From Oscillospiraceae bacterium (GTDB taxonomy: Bacteria > Bacillota > Clostridia > Oscillospirales > CAG-272), in contig SVST01000007.1 in the NCBI GenBank assembly GCA_015064155.1, forward strand, positions 10,077-74,076: a stretch of 64,000 nucleotides of DNA, in the 5' to 3' direction. Shown here piece by piece: positions 59,388-64,000 of this stretch. The stretch's first letter is position 1. Every line of letters begins with the position of its first letter. Below the pieces are notes generated by a model. That model saw only the letters and a list, made by a program, of their open reading frames with translations, was not told where the DNA came from and searched no databases. Both the position numbers and the translations under genes were made by a program.

Positions 59388-60200
59388 TTACGTTCTTTTG
59401 GACGCGGTATTGGCGTTTCTTTGCGCGAGCGCATCGTTCATCATTTGTACCGGGGAGGCACCGAATCGCTTTTGAAAACGGCGAATGAAATTGGGGTAAT
59501 CGTCAAAGCCGCTTTCACGGCAGATTTCAATGATCGAAAGCTCGGCATGCCGAACCAGCTTTTTTGCGTAATCAAAGCGTAAATTGTCTACGTATTCCTT
59601 AAAGCCCATGCCGACCTCCTTTTTGAAGATGGCGGAAAAATAGGAGGGTGCGTATCCGACGTGTGCCGCAGTTTCGGAAAGCGTTGGATTTTCCCGAAAA
59701 TGCTGCAACAGATAAAGCATCGCGTTTTTGATGGGGGTTCCAAGCGACGGAGAGGTGGGTTGCCGTGCGGCAAGCTTTCCCAAAAGGGCATTCAACAGAT
59801 ATGCGGTGTACCGAGCATCCCGATCGGCGATCACGATTTCACCAAGTGCCGCACGCCAAAAAGCCGTGTCTTCTTCGGCTGTGTTCAATACCGGGGGAGC
59901 GTCACCGTGCAAAAGACGGATCAGAAAGCCCGTGTCGCACAGCTCGGCGGAAAACATCACGTTATATACGCGGCAGCCTGTGGTTGACACGCTGTGGAAA
60001 TGAAAGGGTGTCATAAAAAAAAGCATCCCACTTTGAATTTCGTACCGCTTATCGTCGATGCGGTATTCTCCGCTTCCGGAAAGGACGTATTCAAGCTCGT
60101 AAAACTCGTGACGGTGGGTTTTATACTCGCCTTGAATCTCTTTTTCTTTGGCTACGATTGCCCCGACACCGATGTAATGCTCCTTGGTAAACCGTTGCAT
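59388..60200 (-). CDS. AraC-family regulator with cupin sensor
   Basis: HRHEFYELEYV, FHFH; SYFSAIFKK, SGFDDYPNFIRRFQK. Confidence 0.92.
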   Translation of the reverse strand: MQRFTKEHYIGVGAIVAKEKEIQGEYKTHRHEFYELEYVLSGSGEYRIDDKRYEIQSGMLFFMTPFHFHSVSTTGCRVYNVMFSAELCDTGFLIRLLHGDAPPVLNTAEEDTAFWRAALGEIVIADRDARYTAYLLNALLGKLAARQPTSPSLGTPIKNAMLYLLQHFRENPTLSETAAHVGYAPSYFSAIFKKEVGMGFKEYVDNLRFDYAKKLVRHAELSIIEICRESGFDDYPNFIRRFQKRFGASPVQMMNDALAQRNANTASKRT

Positions 60201-60315
60201 GGAAGTACCTCCCGATTGTTTCTTGACGTCATTATACCATAAATCTTAAAAAAAGACAATAAAAACATATTATTTTTTTCAATATAAATGTTACAATGAA
60301 AAAAAACGAAGGAGT

Positions 60316-62697
60316 ATGGCTATGAAAAAGATGTATATGATCGGAAATTCCCATATTGATCCCGTTTGGCTTTGGAGATGGCAGGACGGATATTCGGAGG
60401 TGCTTGCGTCACTTCGAAGCGCACTTGACCGTATGAAGGAAACCGATGACTTTCAATATACCTCGGCATGTGCCGTTTACTATCAATGGATCGAAAAGAC
60501 CGACCCCGAAATGTTCGAGGAGATCCGCGCAAGGGTCAAGGAGGGACGGTGGAATCTGGTTGGCGGATGGTTTTTGCAGCCCGACTGTAACATGCCGTGC
60601 GGTGAGAGCTTTGCGCGTCATGCGTTGATCGCACAGCGATATTTTCAGGAAAAGTTCGGTGTAACCGCAAAAAGCGGCTATAACGTGGACAGCTTTGGAC
60701 ACAATGCCTCTCTGCCCAAGCTTCTTCGCGGCGCGGAGATGGAAAACTACGTGTTCATGCGTCCCGACCGTGATGAAAAAAAGATGGACAGTGACCTGTT
60801 CTCTTGGAAAAGTGACGACGGAAGTGCCGTTACCGCATACCGTATTCCGTTCCGTTACGGGATCGGCTTGGAAACGATCGATCTGTTGGGCGTGATTGCA
60901 GGGGAGGTTGAAAACGACGGTGTTCCGCGCATGGCATTCTACGGCATCGGAAACCACGGTGGCGGTCCCTCGGCGAAGTTGATCGATCTGATCCAAGAAA
61001 AGAATATTCCGATTGCCGAGTTTTCCACGGTGGACCGTTATTTTTCGGAGGTGGACAAAGAGGGCTTGCCCGTTGTCAAGGGAGAGCTTCAGCACCACGC
61101 ACGCGGCTGTTACAGTGCCATGTCCTACGTCAAGGAGATGAACCGCAAGTGCGAGTGCGCGATTTTGGAGGCCGAGCGTTACTGCCTGCTTGCCAACCGC
61201 TTGGTTGGATACGAGTATCCCAAAAAGCGGTTGCGCAAGGCTTGGAAGAATCTGTTATTCAACCAATTCCACGATATTTTGGCGGGATGCTCCATCGAAA
61301 GCGCTTACCGCGATGCGTCTTATCTGTTCGGTGAATCCATGAGTATTGCCGAGCAGGCGATCAACGGTGCTTTGCAGGCGATTTGCCGCAAGATCGAAAC
61401 GGGATCGGGCTCGGAGGATTCGTACAAGTTGCGCGGCAGACATAAATTTGTGTGGGAACATGAAACGCTCGGCACTCCGTTCGTGATCTTCAATCCGCAC
61501 GCGTATCCCGTGCGCGATACGGTGCGTATGCGCGTGCTTGCCAATCGGATCACCGATGAAAACGGAGCCGAAATTCCGTTCCAGCTGGTTCGCGGCGAGC
61601 ATACCAATCACGACGGCGATAATTACGTGACCGCTTTCTCGGTGGAACTTCCCGCATACGGCTACCGTGTTTATCGTGCTTTCCAGAACGGAGAAGCCGC
61701 GCCGGCGGAAAGCTCTCTGATTGCGACCGAGCAGTGCTTGGAAAACGATTGTATTTCCGTCACCTTTGATCCGGAAAGCGGAGAAATCTCCAAAATTTAC
61801 GATAAACGCACCCAAAAGGTGCTGTCCGAGGGCGGTATGAGCGCGATTTTGACCGACGAAACCGCTTGCGATACCTGGGCGCACGGTCAGCGCGATTTGG
61901 GCGAGGAATGCGGACGCTTCGGGAAAGCCGAGATTTCGGTGGTGGAAAACGGAGCTGTTTGCGCAACCCTGCGTGTCAGAAGCACTTGCGCGGATTCAAC
62001 ACTCACGCGTTACTATACGCTGTATGCCGGTGACGATTCTGTTCGCGTCACGGCAGAGGTCGATTTCCGTGAGCATCATAAGGCATTTAAGCTGGGCTTT
62101 CCTGCGGCAAAATCGGTACTGTGTGAGATCCCGTACGGTGTGATTGAGCGTGACTTGGAAAAGGGTGAGGAGCCGTTTGGAAAATGGTTTGCTTCAAGTG
62201 GAATTTGCGTTGCCAATACGGGCAAATACGGCTATGATTCCACCAAGGATCAGGTTCGCATGACGATTCTGCGCGGTGCGGTTTATGCCGATCACTTCGG
62301 CACGCGTGACGATCGCTGTCCTTACATGGATCAGGGCTTCCACCGTTTTTCGTATCAAATCTTCCCGTACCGTTCCAAGGTCGATGCACAGCGTCGCGCG
62401 GAGCTGTTGAATACACCGCCCAGATGCGTGAATGAAACTTTCCATCACGGTCCCTTGGGAGAGCGTTTTGAGGGGATCGCGGGTGTCAGCGAAAACGTGA
62501 CGATCACTGCGATCAAAATGGCAGAGGACGATAACGGTGTTGTTGTACGCGCTTTGGAAACCGAAGGAGTGGACAACGAGGTGACGCTGTGTCTGTTTGA
62601 CAAGCCGCTGTCTTTCCCGATTTCGAAATATGCCGTGAAAACCGTGAACGATGAGGGTGCTGTACTGAACTTTATGGAATGGGAGAAGCAATCGTGA
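60316..62697 (+). CDS. GH38 alpha-mannosidase-family glycosidase
   Basis: GNSHIDPVWLW, VDSFGH nucleophile, GNHGGGP, NQFHDIL. Confidence 0.92.
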   Translation: MAMKKMYMIGNSHIDPVWLWRWQDGYSEVLASLRSALDRMKETDDFQYTSACAVYYQWIEKTDPEMFEEIRARVKEGRWNLVGGWFLQPDCNMPCGESFARHALIAQRYFQEKFGVTAKSGYNVDSFGHNASLPKLLRGAEMENYVFMRPDRDEKKMDSDLFSWKSDDGSAVTAYRIPFRYGIGLETIDLLGVIAGEVENDGVPRMAFYGIGNHGGGPSAKLIDLIQEKNIPIAEFSTVDRYFSEVDKEGLPVVKGELQHHARGCYSAMSYVKEMNRKCECAILEAERYCLLANRLVGYEYPKKRLRKAWKNLLFNQFHDILAGCSIESAYRDASYLFGESMSIAEQAINGALQAICRKIETGSGSEDSYKLRGRHKFVWEHETLGTPFVIFNPHAYPVRDTVRMRVLANRITDENGAEIPFQLVRGEHTNHDGDNYVTAFSVELPAYGYRVYRAFQNGEAAPAESSLIATEQCLENDCISVTFDPESGEISKIYDKRTQKVLSEGGMSAILTDETACDTWAHGQRDLGEECGRFGKAEISVVENGAVCATLRVRSTCADSTLTRYYTLYAGDDSVRVTAEVDFREHHKAFKLGFPAAKSVLCEIPYGVIERDLEKGEEPFGKWFASSGICVANTGKYGYDSTKDQVRMTILRGAVYADHFGTRDDRCPYMDQGFHRFSYQIFPYRSKVDAQRRAELLNTPPRCVNETFHHGPLGERFEGIAGVSENVTITAIKMAEDDNGVVVRALETEGVDNEVTLCLFDKPLSFPISKYAVKTVNDEGAVLNFMEWEKQS

Positions 62698-63647
62698 AGC
62701 AATACGTTGGCGTAGATATTGGCGGAACCAAAATTTCGGTGGTCAAGGGAAACGAACGCGGTGAGGTGCTGGAGAAGCTTCGCTTCGAGAACAATCTTTG
62801 TATGCGCGATGCGGTGTCTGCAATCGTGGAACGGGTTCGCTCGTTGGGAGATGCCGAGGCAATCGGAATCAGCTGCGGAGGACCCTTGGATCCCACCCGC
62901 GGTTTGATTCAATCTCCGCCAAACCTTTTGGGGTGGGATGACGTTCCCATCGTATCGATATTGGAGGAAGCTACGGGAATCCCTGCGGCACTATGCAACG
63001 ATGCCGATGCGTGCGCGCTTGCCGAGTGGCAGTTCGGTGCGGGGCGGGGATGTCGGAATATGGTTTTTTTGACCTTTGGAACCGGACTTGGCGCAGGGCT
63101 TATTTTAAACGGCTCGCTGTACAGCGGTGCCTCCGGGGGAGCCGGGGAGATCGGGCACGTCCGTATGGAGCGATTCGGTCCCGTTGGCTATGGAAAAAGC
63201 GGGTCGCTTGAGGGATTCGCCAGCGGTGGAGGCATTGCACAGCTTGCGCGGACAGCCGCCTTGGAGTGTTTGCAAAGGGGAGAACGAACCGGTTTTTGTA
63301 CGTGTCGGGAAGAGTTGGACAGCATCACGGCACAAAGCGTTGCCGCCGCCGCTAAGGCGGGGGACCCGACCGCAAAGCAGGTATACAGCCTATGCGGAGA
63401 AATGCTGGGACGGGGACTTTCGGTGGTGATCGATCTGCTCAACCCCGAGAGAATTGTGCTGGGCAGTATTTACGTGCGCGCATCGGAGCTGTTGATTCCG
63501 TCGATGCAAGCAGCGATCCGTGAAGAGGCACTGGCACGAAATGCAGCGGCATGCGAAATTCTGCCCGCGGAACTGGGTGAGCGGCTTGGTGACGTGGCGG
63601 CACTTTCGGTTGCAATCAATCAAACGGAAAGGACGGTAACGAAATGA
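62694..63647 (+). CDS. ROK-family sugar kinase
   Basis: VDIGGTK, CGGP, NDADACALAE, GTGLGAG, AGEIGH; GTGA overlap with GH38 stop. Confidence 0.9.
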   Translation: MKQYVGVDIGGTKISVVKGNERGEVLEKLRFENNLCMRDAVSAIVERVRSLGDAEAIGISCGGPLDPTRGLIQSPPNLLGWDDVPIVSILEEATGIPAALCNDADACALAEWQFGAGRGCRNMVFLTFGTGLGAGLILNGSLYSGASGGAGEIGHVRMERFGPVGYGKSGSLEGFASGGGIAQLARTAALECLQRGERTGFCTCREELDSITAQSVAAAAKAGDPTAKQVYSLCGEMLGRGLSVVIDLLNPERIVLGSIYVRASELLIPSMQAAIREEALARNAAACEILPAELGERLGDVAALSVAINQTERTVTK

Positions 63648-64000
63648 ATCGTTTATGGACGAAATACCCTGCGTTGGAGGTCTGCCGTGCAGACATTGAA
63701 AATGCGGTTTCGCTGATCGTGAAGACCTATCGCGCAGGCGGTAAGCTGCTTTTGTGCGGAAACGGCGGAAGTGCCGCTGATTGCGAGCATATTGCGGGGG
63801 AGCTTTTGAAAGGATTTCTGTCGGCGCGCAAGATTACCGATCCTTCGATTCCGGAGGACTTGCGTGCAGGATTGCAGGGTTCGCTTCCCGCAATCCCGTT
63901 GCCGTCGATCACGGCGGCGTTTACGGCATCGATCAACGATATGGATCCCTCGATGGTTTACGCACAGCTTTTGCATGGACTGGGGAAAAAGGGAGATCTT
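63644..64000 (+). CDS. GmhA-like SIS protein (phosphoheptose isomerase family), truncated by window end
   Basis: Manual translation includes GGKLLLCGNGGSAADCEHIAGELLKGF and ND; ATGA overlap with ROK stop. Confidence 0.85.
   Translation, partial: MNRLWTKYPALEVCRADIENAVSLIVKTYRAGGKLLLCGNGGSAADCEHIAGELLKGFLSARKITDPSIPEDLRAGLQGSLPAIPLPSITAAFTASINDMDPSMVYAQLLHGLGKKGDL

Overview
64 kb of chromosomal DNA from a spore-forming Clostridia-type Firmicute (inferred from spoVG, spore-coat genes, sigma-A/H/G/K-like promoters and gene order). It holds about 62 genes: housekeeping (murC, recG, lgt, folD, holB, pgsA, rimO, ttcA, rmlABC), sporulation genes, metal homeostasis genes, several sugar-catabolic operons and five acidic-linker lipoproteins. 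I found no rRNA, tRNA, CRISPR array, prophage or transposase. The best candidates for undescribed biology are: (1) a DeoR-linked module of an archaeal-type TPI paralog, a CBS-less SIS isomerase and an extended YjbQ, next to a cysteine-synthase paralog with altered active-site motifs; (2) an AraC / GH38 / ROK / GmhA-like operon that could salvage heptose; (3) two otherwise unrelated lipoproteins built on related 18-bp and 21-bp coding minisatellites; (4) a kinase-less aldonate operon; (5) the orphan radical SAM gene ygiQ tightly coupled to ttcA. All functional calls come from motif recognition by eye; no database searches were run.
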